64,000 nucleotides of DNA, taken from positions 26,498 through 90,497 of the forward strand of contig JAJDCH010000009.1 of assembly GCA_029260905.1 (NCBI GenBank), written 5' to 3'. Position numbers and translations under genes: made by a program. Position 1 is the stretch's first letter; every line of letters begins with the position of its first letter. This DNA comes from Candidatus Levyibacteriota bacterium (lineage in GTDB: Bacteria > Patescibacteriota > Microgenomatia > Levybacterales > UBA12049). Positions 43,645 through 53,028 of this stretch are shown in pieces. Below the pieces are notes generated by a model that was given only the letters and a program-made list of their open reading frames with translations, made no database searches and had not been told where the DNA came from.

Positions 43645-45000
43645 TATTGTTTTGGTAATCCCCAATATTTCCTCTTGTATTTCTTTTTTATTATTCATTA
43701 AATCACGCACCTTATCCACAGCGTGCATGATTGTTGTGTGATCTCGACCACCCATCACATTTCCAATATTGGTTAATGTAAGCCCCAACTCTTCTTTTAA
43801 TATAAACATGGTTATATGTCTAGCGCGAACCAAAAAAGCATCTCTTTTGGGACCAGTTAGCATGGTGGGCTTTATTCTATAAAAAGAACATACCTGATCT
43901 ATAACATCGTCTGCATGTAGGTGGTGAGTTTTTTCAGGCACAAAGTTTCCTAATGACTGTTGAGCCACCTTCAGTGTTAAAGTCTCATTTTTTGTTTTTG
44001 CTTCTGTAACAACCCTAAGCAAAAGCCCCTCAAGAGATCTTGTATCTGTTGCTTGCTCTGCTAAATATTTTGCAACATCAATAGGTAGATCAAAACCAAA
44101 CTTTTTGGCTTTTATCAAAAGAATAGCAGTCTTTAATTCAAAATCCGGTTTTGCAATATCTACAGTTAACCCTCCTGCAAAACGGGAAGAAAGTCTTTTT
44201 TCAAGCTTTTTTATTTCATGGGGAGGTCTATCCGAAGAAAGAGCTATTTGTGAGCCCTTATCTATTAAAATATTAAAAGTGTGAAAAAGCTCCTCTTGAA
44301 CCTTTTCTTTGCCCTCAACAAATTGAATATCGTCAATTATAAGAAGGTTTGCAGATCGAAATCTTTTTTTCATTCTTCCTGTATCATTGCTTCTAATAGC
44401 TTCAACCACCTCGTTTGTAAACTCCTCACTAGTTATGTAGATTATTTTTTGAGAAGGGTTGTCCACATAAACCTTATTTGCTATAGCATGCATTAAATGT
44501 GTTTTTCCAACACCAACAGGACCATAGATAAAAAGCGGATTGTAAGATTTTCCAATATTACCTGCAACTGTTTGTGCAGAAACAGTTGCTAGTTGATTGC
44601 TGCCTGAAACAGCAAAGTTGTTAAATGTAAAGTCTGGCCTCACACGTGGTAAGTGACCAATTGTTTTTTCTTCATTTCCAGCATTTTTTATCGTTTGTTC
44701 TGCAAAAAGAGGCCCTTCATCAATGTCTTTGTTTTTAAGCATGACACCCACTCTTGGTACAAAAATAACTGAGACCTTTTCTCCGGTATGAAGATAAAGA
44801 GACTCTTCAATCTCTTTTAAAAACCTTGTTTTTAACATGTTTATCACCATTGGAGAGGTTGCAGCAACTGACGCTGTTTTTGCATTAATTGATAAAAGAG
44901 AAGTTGGTTTGAGAAGGGCGGCAAATGTTCCTCGAGAAACGCTAGGCTTTATTCCAGATAAAACCTTGTCCCAAACTTTTTTTAACTTTATTTCGTTCAT
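43636..45000 (-). CDS. dnaA: chromosomal replication initiator protein DnaA
   Basis: AAA+ Walker A GPVGVGKTHLMHAIAN, Walker B LLIIDDIQF, and a C-terminal DnaA-box-binding helix-turn-helix. Confidence 0.9.
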   Translation of the reverse strand: MNEIKLKKVWDKVLSGIKPSVSRGTFAALLKPTSLLSINAKTASVAATSPMVINMLKTRFLKEIEESLYLHTGEKVSVIFVPRVGVMLKNKDIDEGPLFAEQTIKNAGNEEKTIGHLPRVRPDFTFNNFAVSGSNQLATVSAQTVAGNIGKSYNPLFIYGPVGVGKTHLMHAIANKVYVDNPSQKIIYITSEEFTNEVVEAIRSNDTGRMKKRFRSANLLIIDDIQFVEGKEKVQEELFHTFNILIDKGSQIALSSDRPPHEIKKLEKRLSSRFAGGLTVDIAKPDFELKTAILLIKAKKFGFDLPIDVAKYLAEQATDTRSLEGLLLRVVTEAKTKNETLTLKVAQQSLGNFVPEKTHHLHADDVIDQVCSFYRIKPTMLTGPKRDAFLVRARHITMFILKEELGLTLTNIGNVMGGRDHTTIMHAVDKVRDLMNNKKEIQEEILGITKTIRG

Positions 45001-45034
45001 AGTAGATCATGGCGCAGGGTTAACAGTTTAGTAA

Positions 45035-45043
45035 TGTGGATAA
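45035..45043. promoter_or_regulatory. consensus DnaA box (TGTGGATAA) upstream of dnaA, in the dnaA-rpmH divergent intergenic region
   Basis: Exact reverse complement of TTATCCACA. Confidence 0.65.
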
Positions 45044-45187
45044 CTTTTTGTCAAGAGGCAGTTTGCTTACTGGTCAATAATCGACATCAATAACATGTTT
45101 TCTAGAGTCTTTAGTTATGTGTTTTAAGTTTTAAGCCAAGCCGTCAACGCGTTGTTAACCTTTGGTTTTTGTGGTATACTTACCCTC

Positions 45188-45322
45188 ATGGAAAGGTTAA
45201 CAAAACCAAAAAAAATAAAAAGAAAAAGAAAACATGGCTTTCTAACTCTAATGAAAAGCAATGATGGAAGAAAAATAATAAAGCGTAGAAGAGAAACAGG
45301 AAGAAAAAGACTGACTGTCTAA
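45188..45322 (+). CDS. rpmH: 50S ribosomal protein L34
   Basis: Manual translation MERLTKPKKIKRKRKHGFLTLMKSNDGRKIIKRRRETGRKRLTV (44 aa) matches L34. Absent from the ORF track because it is under 60 aa. Confidence 0.75.
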   Translation: MERLTKPKKIKRKRKHGFLTLMKSNDGRKIIKRRRETGRKRLTV

Positions 45323-45330
45323 ACCCTCCC

Positions 45331-45669
45331 ATGTTAAAAAAGCTCTACAGGATAAGTGCCGCAAAAAGATTAAAAAATCCTAATGTTTTTAGATCAAGTT
45401 TTTTTATTGCTAGATTTGAGGATAGCAAGCAGGGTGTGTCTAGGTTTGGTTTTGTTGTTAGAAAAACCATTGATAAAAGGGCGGTTGTCAGAAATAGAAT
45501 CAAAAGACTTTTTAGATCATGCATAGAAGAAGAATTGTTAAATATTAAACCGGGTTTTGATATGCTTTTTTTTGTAGAAAAAGGTATAATAGGAAAAACA
45601 AGAGAAGAGATCTGCGCGGAATTGAAAAGCTTTTTGCTAAAAAAAAACCTCCTGATTTCAAATAATTAA
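45331..45669 (+). CDS. rnpA: ribonuclease P protein component
   Basis: RLKNPNVFRSSFF...FGFVVRKTIDKRAVVRNRIKRLFR pattern; conserved rpmH-rnpA order. Confidence 0.8.
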   Translation: MLKKLYRISAAKRLKNPNVFRSSFFIARFEDSKQGVSRFGFVVRKTIDKRAVVRNRIKRLFRSCIEEELLNIKPGFDMLFFVEKGIIGKTREEICAELKSFLLKKNLLISNN

Positions 45670-45670
45670 A

Positions 45671-45895
45671 ATGAAAAAACTTTTTATTTCCACCATCCGA
45701 TTTTACAAATCTTTCATATCTCCTGTTCTTAAGCAGGTTTTGGGAATACAAAAAATTTGTAGGTATGATGTTTCTTGCTCAACCTATGCTATGGACGTGA
45801 TTAAAAAAAAGGGCGTTGTAAAAGGATTAGCTTTATCTTTTAAAAGAATTATAACTTGTGCCAATCCTAATTATTCTTATGGGAAATATATTTGA
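45671..45895 (+). CDS. yidD: membrane protein insertion efficiency factor YidD
   Basis: IRFYKSFISPVL...CRYDVSCSTYAMDVIKKKGVVKG. Confidence 0.75.
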   Translation: MKKLFISTIRFYKSFISPVLKQVLGIQKICRYDVSCSTYAMDVIKKKGVVKGLALSFKRIITCANPNYSYGKYI

Positions 45896-46649
45896 CATTA
45901 TTTTTGTTAACCCGCTTATTAATGCAATGGTTGCAATTTATCACTTATTAACAAGTGCTGGAATTCCATATGCTGTTGGGTTTTCGATAGTTGGGCTTAC
46001 AGCGGTGATACGTATTGTGATTTCTCCCCTCTTGGCGCATCAAATAAAGGCGCAAAAAAAAATGCAAGCAATGCAGCCACATCTATCGAAAATAAAAGAA
46101 AAGCATAAGGGTGATGCTAAGGCTCAACAGGCAGCAACAATGGCACTTTATAAAGAACATGAGATTAATCCAGCAGCAGGTTGTTTGCCGCTCTTGGTTC
46201 AGTTGCCCCTTTTTTGGGCGCTTTTTCATGTTATTCAAGAAATTGTTAAAAAAGACGGTATTACATACATAAACAAAGCTGTTTATTCAAGCAGTTTGAG
46301 AGTAACGGGTAATTGGGACACAAGTTTTTTTGGACTTCCGATAGGTCAATCGCCAAGCGAGCTTGTTTCAACAACCGGCTTTCTCATTGTTCTTGTACCT
46401 ATTATCACAGCAGCTTTAATGTTTGTTCAGTCAAAAATGCTTGCGCCAAAGGTTAAGAAAGACGCAGTTAAAAAAGATGGACCTGATGATTTTGCAACAA
46501 CTTTTCAGAAGCAATCAATGTATTTAATACCTATAATCATCGGTTTTGCTGGTTGGACATTCTCAATAGGACTTTCTCTGTACTGGAATACTTTTACTAT
46601 TTTTGGTATTATACAGCAGTACTTTTTAAACAAAGATAAAAATGAGTGA
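45858..46649 (+). CDS. yidC: membrane protein insertase YidC (short Oxa1-type)
   Basis: ISPLLAHQIKAQKKMQAMQPHLSKIKEKHKGD...GCLPLLVQLPLFWALF pattern. The true start may be a downstream ATG near 45879 to reduce the overlap with yidD. Confidence 0.75.
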   Translation: MPILIILMGNIFDIIFVNPLINAMVAIYHLLTSAGIPYAVGFSIVGLTAVIRIVISPLLAHQIKAQKKMQAMQPHLSKIKEKHKGDAKAQQAATMALYKEHEINPAAGCLPLLVQLPLFWALFHVIQEIVKKDGITYINKAVYSSSLRVTGNWDTSFFGLPIGQSPSELVSTTGFLIVLVPIITAALMFVQSKMLAPKVKKDAVKKDGPDDFATTFQKQSMYLIPIIIGFAGWTFSIGLSLYWNTFTIFGIIQQYFLNKDKNE

Positions 46650-47109
46650 TCTAAAAATTACAACCAAAGAAAAAAAAACAATAGAAGAAGCAATCGGTGA
46701 TCTTTTTGCATCCCTTGAGATACAGGGGACATTTACTCTTTCACAAAATGATGAAATATTAGATATTGTGATGGAAACTGAAGATAGTGGCATGATAATT
46801 GGATATCATGGAGAGACACTTGAATCGCTTCAGCTTATTATTTCTTTAATGGTTGCCAAAAAGATAGATAAGTTTATAAGAGTTTCAATTGAGGTTGACG
46901 GTTACAAAAAAGCCCGCATGGAATATCTGGAATCTTTGGCAAGACAGATGAAGGAAAAAGTGTTAGAAGAAAAACAGGAACAGGTGGTAGATTCTCTTAA
47001 ATCATGGGAGAGGCGTATTGTTCACCTTGCCCTTCAAGATGATCCTGATGTTGTTTCAGAGTCAGCTGGCGTTGGACGCGACAGGGTTCTAATAATAAAG
47101 CCCAAGTAA
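46642..47109 (+). CDS. jag: Jag/KhpB-family RNA-binding protein (KH plus R3H)
   Basis: C-terminal R3H region RIVHLALQDDPDVVSESAGVGRDRVLIIKP; conserved position after yidC. Confidence 0.7.
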   Translation: MSDLKITTKEKKTIEEAIGDLFASLEIQGTFTLSQNDEILDIVMETEDSGMIIGYHGETLESLQLIISLMVAKKIDKFIRVSIEVDGYKKARMEYLESLARQMKEKVLEEKQEQVVDSLKSWERRIVHLALQDDPDVVSESAGVGRDRVLIIKPK

Positions 47110-47146
47110 ATTGCTGCATTGCTTGATTGTTCAATTGTTAAGACAA

Positions 47147-47174
47147 CAATGAAACAATGAAACAATGAGACAAT
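47147..47174 (+). repeat. octanucleotide tandem repeat (CAATGAAA x2, CAATGAGA, partial CAAT) spanning the start codon of the downstream membrane-protein gene
   Basis: caatgaaa caatgaaa caatgaga caat; each unit carries an ATG. The first two are followed by in-frame TGA; the third opens the 440-aa ORF at 47165. Confidence 0.75.
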
Positions 47175-48487
47175 TCGTTTCAAACCTCGAAAAAATTCTC
47201 TTCTACGCGTTACTCCTTTTGCTCCCTGTGCAACTTGGCAAACATTTCTGGCCTAGCTCTTCTTTTGTTCATGGTTTGAGAATTGATTATTTATCCCCCA
47301 CTCTTTACTTGACTGACATTATTGTTGGGTTGTTGTTTGTTGTGTGGGCTATTCGCGCATTTGGTGCAAGGCGTAAGGCGCAAAACTTAAAACAACAATT
47401 AAAAACTAAAAGTTTTTTAAGCTTCACAGCAGCGTTTTTGTTTTTGGTTTTCAATGTTTTTCAAAACGCGGTAATAGAGCACGCCCTTTATTATGTGTTA
47501 AAAATTCTAGAAATGGGTTTTGTGGTTTTTTATATAGCTAAATTTGTGGATTTGAAAAAAGATTTGGTAAAGGTTATAAGTATTTTAGGTTTGGGCTCTG
47601 TTTTTGAATCAATTCTTGCAATTGCCCAGTTTTTTAACAAAGGATCAATTGGAGGAGTGTTATATTATCTTGGGGAACGGACATTTACATCAACTACTCC
47701 TGGAATTTCTAATGCGTCAATTCAGGGAGAGCTAGTTCTTCGACCGTATGCAACATTCCCCCACCCCAATGTGCTAGCTGGATATTTGGTGGTTGTAATG
47801 ACACTTGTTTTGTTTTTGTTTGTAATGATAAGCAAAAAACAAAAAACTATCAGTTATCAGTTATCAGTTATCAGTTATCTTATCCTTAGTACATTTGCCC
47901 TTTTCCTAACGCTTAGCAGAATAGCAGTATTGGTTTGGGTTTTGGTTTTAGGATTTGTGTTGGTTAAAAAAATATTATCCAGCAATGTGGTAATAAAACA
48001 GGTAGGCAATATGTTAACAATTTTTATTATAATTGCTTTTGTTTTTTTTACTCCCCTATTCTCCCGTTTTCTGGAAACATCAATTAGAGAACAGTCAGTT
48101 GTGCAAAGAAAAGAATTGATAAATGCATCAGTCGAGATGGTAAAAGAAAAGCCATTTACAGGAGTTGGTCTTGGTAACTTTATCCCAACACTTGTTAATA
48201 TAAGTGGTCCGCTTAAATCATCAACTTATCTCCAACCGGTTCATAATATTTATCTTCTCGTTGCTGCAGAAACAGGACTGATTGGGCTTGGTTTTTTTCT
48301 GATTTTTCTCTATAAAACATTTAAAAAAACCAGCCATAAGCTACATATCATAAGTCATATGCGATTGGTTTTTTTAATAATTTTAGTTCTTGGAATGTTT
48401 GATCATTACTTCTTAACACTTCAACAAGGGCAACTGCTTTTTGTAGTTGTCTTGGGTTTGTGCTGGACAAAAAATAATTTTACATAA
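47165..48487 (+). CDS. O-antigen ligase/polymerase-like (Wzy/WaaL family) polytopic membrane protein
   Basis: About 10 TM helices with the characteristic ETGLIGLGFFLIFLY region near the C-terminus. Confidence 0.5.
   Translation: MRQFVSNLEKILFYALLLLLPVQLGKHFWPSSSFVHGLRIDYLSPTLYLTDIIVGLLFVVWAIRAFGARRKAQNLKQQLKTKSFLSFTAAFLFLVFNVFQNAVIEHALYYVLKILEMGFVVFYIAKFVDLKKDLVKVISILGLGSVFESILAIAQFFNKGSIGGVLYYLGERTFTSTTPGISNASIQGELVLRPYATFPHPNVLAGYLVVVMTLVLFLFVMISKKQKTISYQLSVISYLILSTFALFLTLSRIAVLVWVLVLGFVLVKKILSSNVVIKQVGNMLTIFIIIAFVFFTPLFSRFLETSIREQSVVQRKELINASVEMVKEKPFTGVGLGNFIPTLVNISGPLKSSTYLQPVHNIYLLVAAETGLIGLGFFLIFLYKTFKKTSHKLHIISHMRLVFLIILVLGMFDHYFLTLQQGQLLFVVVLGLCWTKNNFT
47848..47879 (+). repeat. heptanucleotide tandem repeat (TATCAGT) x4.6 inside the coding sequence of the O-antigen-ligase-like gene
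   Basis: tatcagt tatcagt tatcagt tatcagt tatc read directly; the unit length is not a multiple of 3. Confidence 0.8.
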
Positions 48488-48684
48488 ATTAATAATTGAT
48501 AGTTTAAAGTTGTGAACGGGAAAAAATTTACAAACAGTAGCTTCGCAAACTTAAGGTTTCTTATTTTTTTCGTAACTTTTGAAAGTTGAGATTAGCCCGC
48601 AAATTTGAGTAAAATTCACATCCCGCACTGCGAAAACCCATCTGATCCATTCACTAAAACTAATAAATTTAGTATCATAAAATT

Positions 48685-51363
48685 ATGCCCAATGATCAGC
48701 CCGCCCTAATCGCAACTGAAGAAAAGCAAACTCTGCCAATTTTAATAGTAGATAAAAAAGGAGGATTTGGAACCATGCTTGCTCAAAAATTACAAGAGCA
48801 CTTCCTTGTAGTTCTTGTTAGTAAAGATGTACCTGATTTTCATAAAAACCTTATCCATGTCCCCTATAAGAGAAAGATACCAACAATTCCCGATAATACA
48901 TTTACACAAATTTTTGTTTTTTATAACGGCGAAGAAGAAGTGCTTGAAATGCTTCCAAGCTTTATGAAAAAGGCAAACGATACAGGAGGGAAATTAATTT
49001 TCATATTAAGTCTTTTTCAAAGCAATGAAAAAATATTTAAAAGAATCTCTCACCATACATATCATTCAATGCAAACAATTTTATATGGTGAGGTTTTTGA
49101 ACAAAAAGCAACTTCATCTAATGTTGTTAATTTTTTTGTCCATCAAGCAAGAGGAAAAGGCAAGCTTGAAATACCAAATGATGGTATGGATAAATATTAT
49201 CCAGTTTTTGATGAAGATGTAATCACGGTTATTATCGCGACCGCATTTAGTCAAGGAAAACCAAATAAGCTTACTTTTGTTTTTCCTAAGGTTCCGTTTA
49301 CGGCTTTAAGTATTGCAAGAATTATTAAAAAAATTAATCCAGATTTGAGTTTTGATTTTAAAAAAAGTAAGTACAAGGCGCCCAATCTTTTTATGCCCGA
49401 TGGGGGAGTTTATGTATACACTTCATATCCACTTGAAGATCGGATCAGAATGATTCCAGCAAAGCATGATAAATGGATTGAAAAAGCATCTAGCAAAGTT
49501 CTCAAGCTACCAAAACAAGAATTAAAATTTAATTTTAAGACTTTTCTGCTTAGTGTTTTGGTTGCAACAATGCTTCCGCTTATTGTTTCTGTTTTTTCAA
49601 TGGGGTTAGGACTTTTTGGGCTTTATGGATCTGTGAGTGCTTTTTCCAGAGGAGAGGTGCAAGCAGCAGAAGGGTTTGCTGGCTTTTCGAAGAGCTCATT
49701 TGAAGTTGCTGATTTTACAAGTAGCAATTTCCCAGCTATTTATTTTTTTCCTGAACCATTTAGGTCAAATTTCACAGACAGTATTTTAAGAGGTAAAAGA
49801 GTATCAGTTGCAGGTCTTGAGCTGATTCAGGCATTTGTAGTAGTTAAAAACATAACCAATGGAGAAAGCAAAAGCCCCAAAGATGATTATTTAAAATCAA
49901 TTGCATCAATTAAAAACTCGCTTCTTACTCTTTCTCAGATGAGAACAGAAGGGCAAATACCACCAAGTATAGAAAAAAAACTAGCTGATCTGGATGAATT
50001 GATAGGCATAGTTGAAAATACAATTGATGCAACACCTGAGCTTTTGGGATTTGATGAAGAGAAAAAATATCTGATTCTTTTTCAAAATAATATGGAACTT
50101 CGTGCAGGAGGTGGCTTTATTGGATCATATGGACTTTTGACATTGAGAGATGGAAGAGTAAAGGATTTTGTAGTCAATGATGTTTATGATGCAGATGGTC
50201 AATTAACAACGCATGTGGAGCCACCATATGCTCTTAGACGTTATTTAGGGGTTGAGCATTGGTTCATGAGAGATAGTAACTATTCAATTGATTTTAGCGC
50301 TTCAGGTGCAGCTGCAGCCGACTTATTTGAAAGATCAGTTGATGTAACTGTTGACGGAGTAATAGGGATAGACACTGTTTTTTTGAAAAAGATTTTGGAG
50401 GCAGTTGGTCCTGTGTCTGTGAGTGATTATAAAGAAACTGTAAATGCAGACAACTTTTATCTTTTGACACAAACTCATGCTGAAAAAAATTTTTTTCCTG
50501 GATCAACCCAGAAAAAAGATTTTTTAAGATCTTTATTTACAACACTTCAATTAAAGGTGTTTGAGGGGGATATATCTTATTTTGATCTTATAAAAAAAAC
50601 TGGTGAGGCAATAAAAGAAAAACATGTGCTTTTTGCATTTAAAAATAGGGCAGTTGAAGAAGTGTTTAAAGTCAACTCGTTAACAGGTGGGTTTTGGGAT
50701 GAAAGAACTTCCAAGACAGATACGTTTCTTGACTTTCTGGGAATAGTTGATAGTAACCTGGGGTCAAATAAGGTTAATTATTATCTCAAACGAAAAATAA
50801 GCCACGGTGTGAATTTTTCGCCAAGTGGTAATGTAACAGCTGTTGCTGTAGTTGATTTTGAAAACACCAGCACAAAAGATAGTATTTTTGGTGGGGATTA
50901 CAAAAACTATATGCGTTTTATACTTCCAGAGGGCGCTGTTCTGAATGCAGTAAGTATCGATGGATTGGCTATTGAAACAACACCAGCAATAACAGAACCT
51001 TCAATTTTTAATGATCAGACTTTTGTACCACCAAGTCAATTAGAGATAGAAACATCGGTAGTTGATGGAAAAAACATAATTGGATTTTTTTTGATTGTCC
51101 CAACAAGTTCAAAAAAGAAGATTGGAGTTTCATATTCGATTGCAAATGCTCTAAATATAGATTCTGATAAGTTCTCATATAATCTCAGGCTATTTAAACA
51201 GCCAGGAACAGTTGATGATCCTTATGCGCTTACATTTACTTACCCAAACTCGATAAAACTTTCAGACAAAAATATAGGAATAGTAGATCTTGGAGGAAAA
51301 TTTGTTTTTGAATCAAAAATGCTGACTGATCAAGATATAATTATTAATTTCGTAAAAAGGTAA
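48685..51363 (+). CDS. DUF4012 domain-containing bitopic membrane protein (892 aa)
   Basis: Cytoplasmic N-terminal domain, TM (LLSVLVATMLPLIVSVFSMGLGLFGLYG), then extracytoplasmic LILFQNNMELRAGGGFIGSYGLLTLRDG...HWFMRDSNYS, the DUF4012 signature. Confidence 0.55.
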   Translation: MPNDQPALIATEEKQTLPILIVDKKGGFGTMLAQKLQEHFLVVLVSKDVPDFHKNLIHVPYKRKIPTIPDNTFTQIFVFYNGEEEVLEMLPSFMKKANDTGGKLIFILSLFQSNEKIFKRISHHTYHSMQTILYGEVFEQKATSSNVVNFFVHQARGKGKLEIPNDGMDKYYPVFDEDVITVIIATAFSQGKPNKLTFVFPKVPFTALSIARIIKKINPDLSFDFKKSKYKAPNLFMPDGGVYVYTSYPLEDRIRMIPAKHDKWIEKASSKVLKLPKQELKFNFKTFLLSVLVATMLPLIVSVFSMGLGLFGLYGSVSAFSRGEVQAAEGFAGFSKSSFEVADFTSSNFPAIYFFPEPFRSNFTDSILRGKRVSVAGLELIQAFVVVKNITNGESKSPKDDYLKSIASIKNSLLTLSQMRTEGQIPPSIEKKLADLDELIGIVENTIDATPELLGFDEEKKYLILFQNNMELRAGGGFIGSYGLLTLRDGRVKDFVVNDVYDADGQLTTHVEPPYALRRYLGVEHWFMRDSNYSIDFSASGAAAADLFERSVDVTVDGVIGIDTVFLKKILEAVGPVSVSDYKETVNADNFYLLTQTHAEKNFFPGSTQKKDFLRSLFTTLQLKVFEGDISYFDLIKKTGEAIKEKHVLFAFKNRAVEEVFKVNSLTGGFWDERTSKTDTFLDFLGIVDSNLGSNKVNYYLKRKISHGVNFSPSGNVTAVAVVDFENTSTKDSIFGGDYKNYMRFILPEGAVLNAVSIDGLAIETTPAITEPSIFNDQTFVPPSQLEIETSVVDGKNIIGFFLIVPTSSKKKIGVSYSIANALNIDSDKFSYNLRLFKQPGTVDDPYALTFTYPNSIKLSDKNIGIVDLGGKFVFESKMLTDQDIIINFVKR

Positions 51364-51368
51364 ATTAT

Positions 51369-52064
51369 ATGTCTCTTCTTGATTTTATTTTCCCAAAACG
51401 TTGTGTTGGTTGTAGAAAGTTCGGTTCACGTATTTGTACTGATTGTTTTTCCCAAATTTCTTTTATTGATGGGGGAGTCTGTGTTGTTTGTCAGCATCAT
51501 GCAATTAATGGTCTAACCCACCCTGTTTGTGGTGGGAAATACACACCTGATGGTGTATTTTCAAGCCTTGTTTATAAAAGCGTTGTCAAAAAACTGATTT
51601 ATAAATTTAAGTATAAGCCTCATCTAATTGTTTTGAAATCTCAAATGACTGATCTTTTTTATGAAGGTCTTTTAGAAAAGGAAGAGTTTTATAATCTTTT
51701 AGATAAACAGGTTGCTTTTATTCCAATTCCACTTCATGCATCCCGTTTTAGAATGCGTGGTTATAACCAATCAGAGCTTCTGGCAAAAGAACTGGGGAAA
51801 AGATTTAGTGTAGCTGTTTTAAGTGTTTTAGAAAGAGTAAAAAATACCAAGACGCAGGTTGGTTTGAAAAAAGAGGATAGGGAAAAAAATATCAAAAACG
51901 CGTTTAGGATTAAGAATAATGAATTAGGAACTAGGAATTATAATGCTGTTTTTTTGGTGGATGATGTAGCAACGAGCGGTGCGACTCTTAAAGAAGCAGC
52001 AAAAGTTTTGAAAAAAGCAGGATTTAAGAAAGTTTATGGTCTGACTCTAGCGCATGGAGAATAG
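51369..52064 (+). CDS. comFC: ComF-family protein (double zinc ribbon plus phosphoribosyltransferase domain)
   Basis: N-terminal CxxC x2 (CVGCRKFGSRICTDCF...CVVCQHH) and the PRTase motif VFLVDDVATSGATLKEA. Confidence 0.65.
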   Translation: MSLLDFIFPKRCVGCRKFGSRICTDCFSQISFIDGGVCVVCQHHAINGLTHPVCGGKYTPDGVFSSLVYKSVVKKLIYKFKYKPHLIVLKSQMTDLFYEGLLEKEEFYNLLDKQVAFIPIPLHASRFRMRGYNQSELLAKELGKRFSVAVLSVLERVKNTKTQVGLKKEDREKNIKNAFRIKNNELGTRNYNAVFLVDDVATSGATLKEAAKVLKKAGFKKVYGLTLAHGE

Positions 52065-52100
52065 TTTTACATTTGTCCTAAGATTAAGTATCATCAAGGT

Positions 52101-52541
52101 ATGAAGATTACCAACAAAAAGGCCTTTTTTGATTTTGAAATTAGAGAGAAGTTTGAAGCAGGCATAAATCTGACTGGAGCTGAGGTCAAGGCAATACGCT
52201 TGGGGCACGCTGATTTGACAGGAGCATTTGTCAAAATAAAAGGACTGGAAGCCTATCTAGTAGGCTCAAAAATTTTCCCATATGAATATGCAAGACCTGA
52301 TAATTATGATTCAATGCGAACAAGAAAACTGCTTTTGCATAAAAAAGAATTGATCTCGCTTAAGTCCAAAATTGAGGGCGCGAACTTGACTTTGGTGCCT
52401 GTTTCATGGTATACTACAAGTCGCCTGATTAAGCTTGAGGTAGCGCTTGGAAAATCAAAGAAGAAGTTTGACAAAAAAGCAGCAATTAAGAAAAAAGATC
52501 TTGATCGTGAACAGGAAGAACTTTTAAAGAATAAATACTAA
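52101..52541 (+). CDS. smpB: SsrA-binding protein
   Basis: NKKAFFDFEIREKFEAGINLTGAEVKAIR...LLLHKKEL; followed by tmRNA. Confidence 0.85.
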   Translation: MKITNKKAFFDFEIREKFEAGINLTGAEVKAIRLGHADLTGAFVKIKGLEAYLVGSKIFPYEYARPDNYDSMRTRKLLLHKKELISLKSKIEGANLTLVPVSWYTTSRLIKLEVALGKSKKKFDKKAAIKKKDLDREQEELLKNKY

Positions 52542-52607
52542 ATTCGAATTGATAGAAATCAACATTCACTTATAAAAATTAACATTTGATTTTTATTGGG
52601 GGATGAA

Positions 52608-53021
52608 TTGATTCGACGGGAAAAGTACCTTAAAAACTGCAAGCCGGCATTGAATCAAAGCCGTAAAACTGATTCAAAAATTAAATGCTAAATCTAGCAT
52701 TAAAAATCTAGAAGATAGGTTGGCGCTCGCGGAAGCGAAGCTAGCTAGGAGACTAGGTTTCGGACAATCAGCTTACGCGCAAGCAATTGCTGCTTAGGTT
52801 TTAGTCCTGTCTGTATGGTCTTTCTCAGCGGGATTATATAAGGCAAAAATACAGTTGGGGAACTTTATCTAAGACTGGTTAGTCTTTTATATCGAATTTA
52901 TAACCTATGCTTTACTTTTCTTGTTAATTGGATAAGGTAAAGTTAAATTTAAAAATTAACTAAGCTTGTAGATGTTGAGAGATAATTTATCCGGACTCCA
53001 GTTCACTGCTGGACATCTCCA
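52608..53021 (+). ncRNA. ssrA: transfer-messenger RNA (tmRNA, ssrA)
   Basis: 5' GGGGATGAATTGATTCGACGGG (compare E. coli GGGGCUGAUUCUGGAUUCGACGGG); 3' T-arm CCAGTTCACTGCTGG, then acceptor CATCTCC-A pairing with the 5' GGGGATG. Internal open frame ends ...GGA CAA TCA GCT TAC GCG CAA GCA ATT GCT GCT TAG, so the tag ends ...SAYAQAIAA. Sits next to smpB. Confidence 0.7.
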
Positions 53022-53028
53022 CAAATAA

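Noticed and set aside
48488-48684. 197-nt intergenic region upstream of the DUF4012 gene examined for a small RNA (SRP RNA, RNase P RNA, 6S)
   Set aside because: No conserved P4, SRP domain IV or 6S features were recognised. Only a 6-2-6 palindrome (AACTTT-TG-AAAGTT, about 48571-48584) and a weak TTCACT-17-TATCAT promoter-like pair. Too weak to call an operator.
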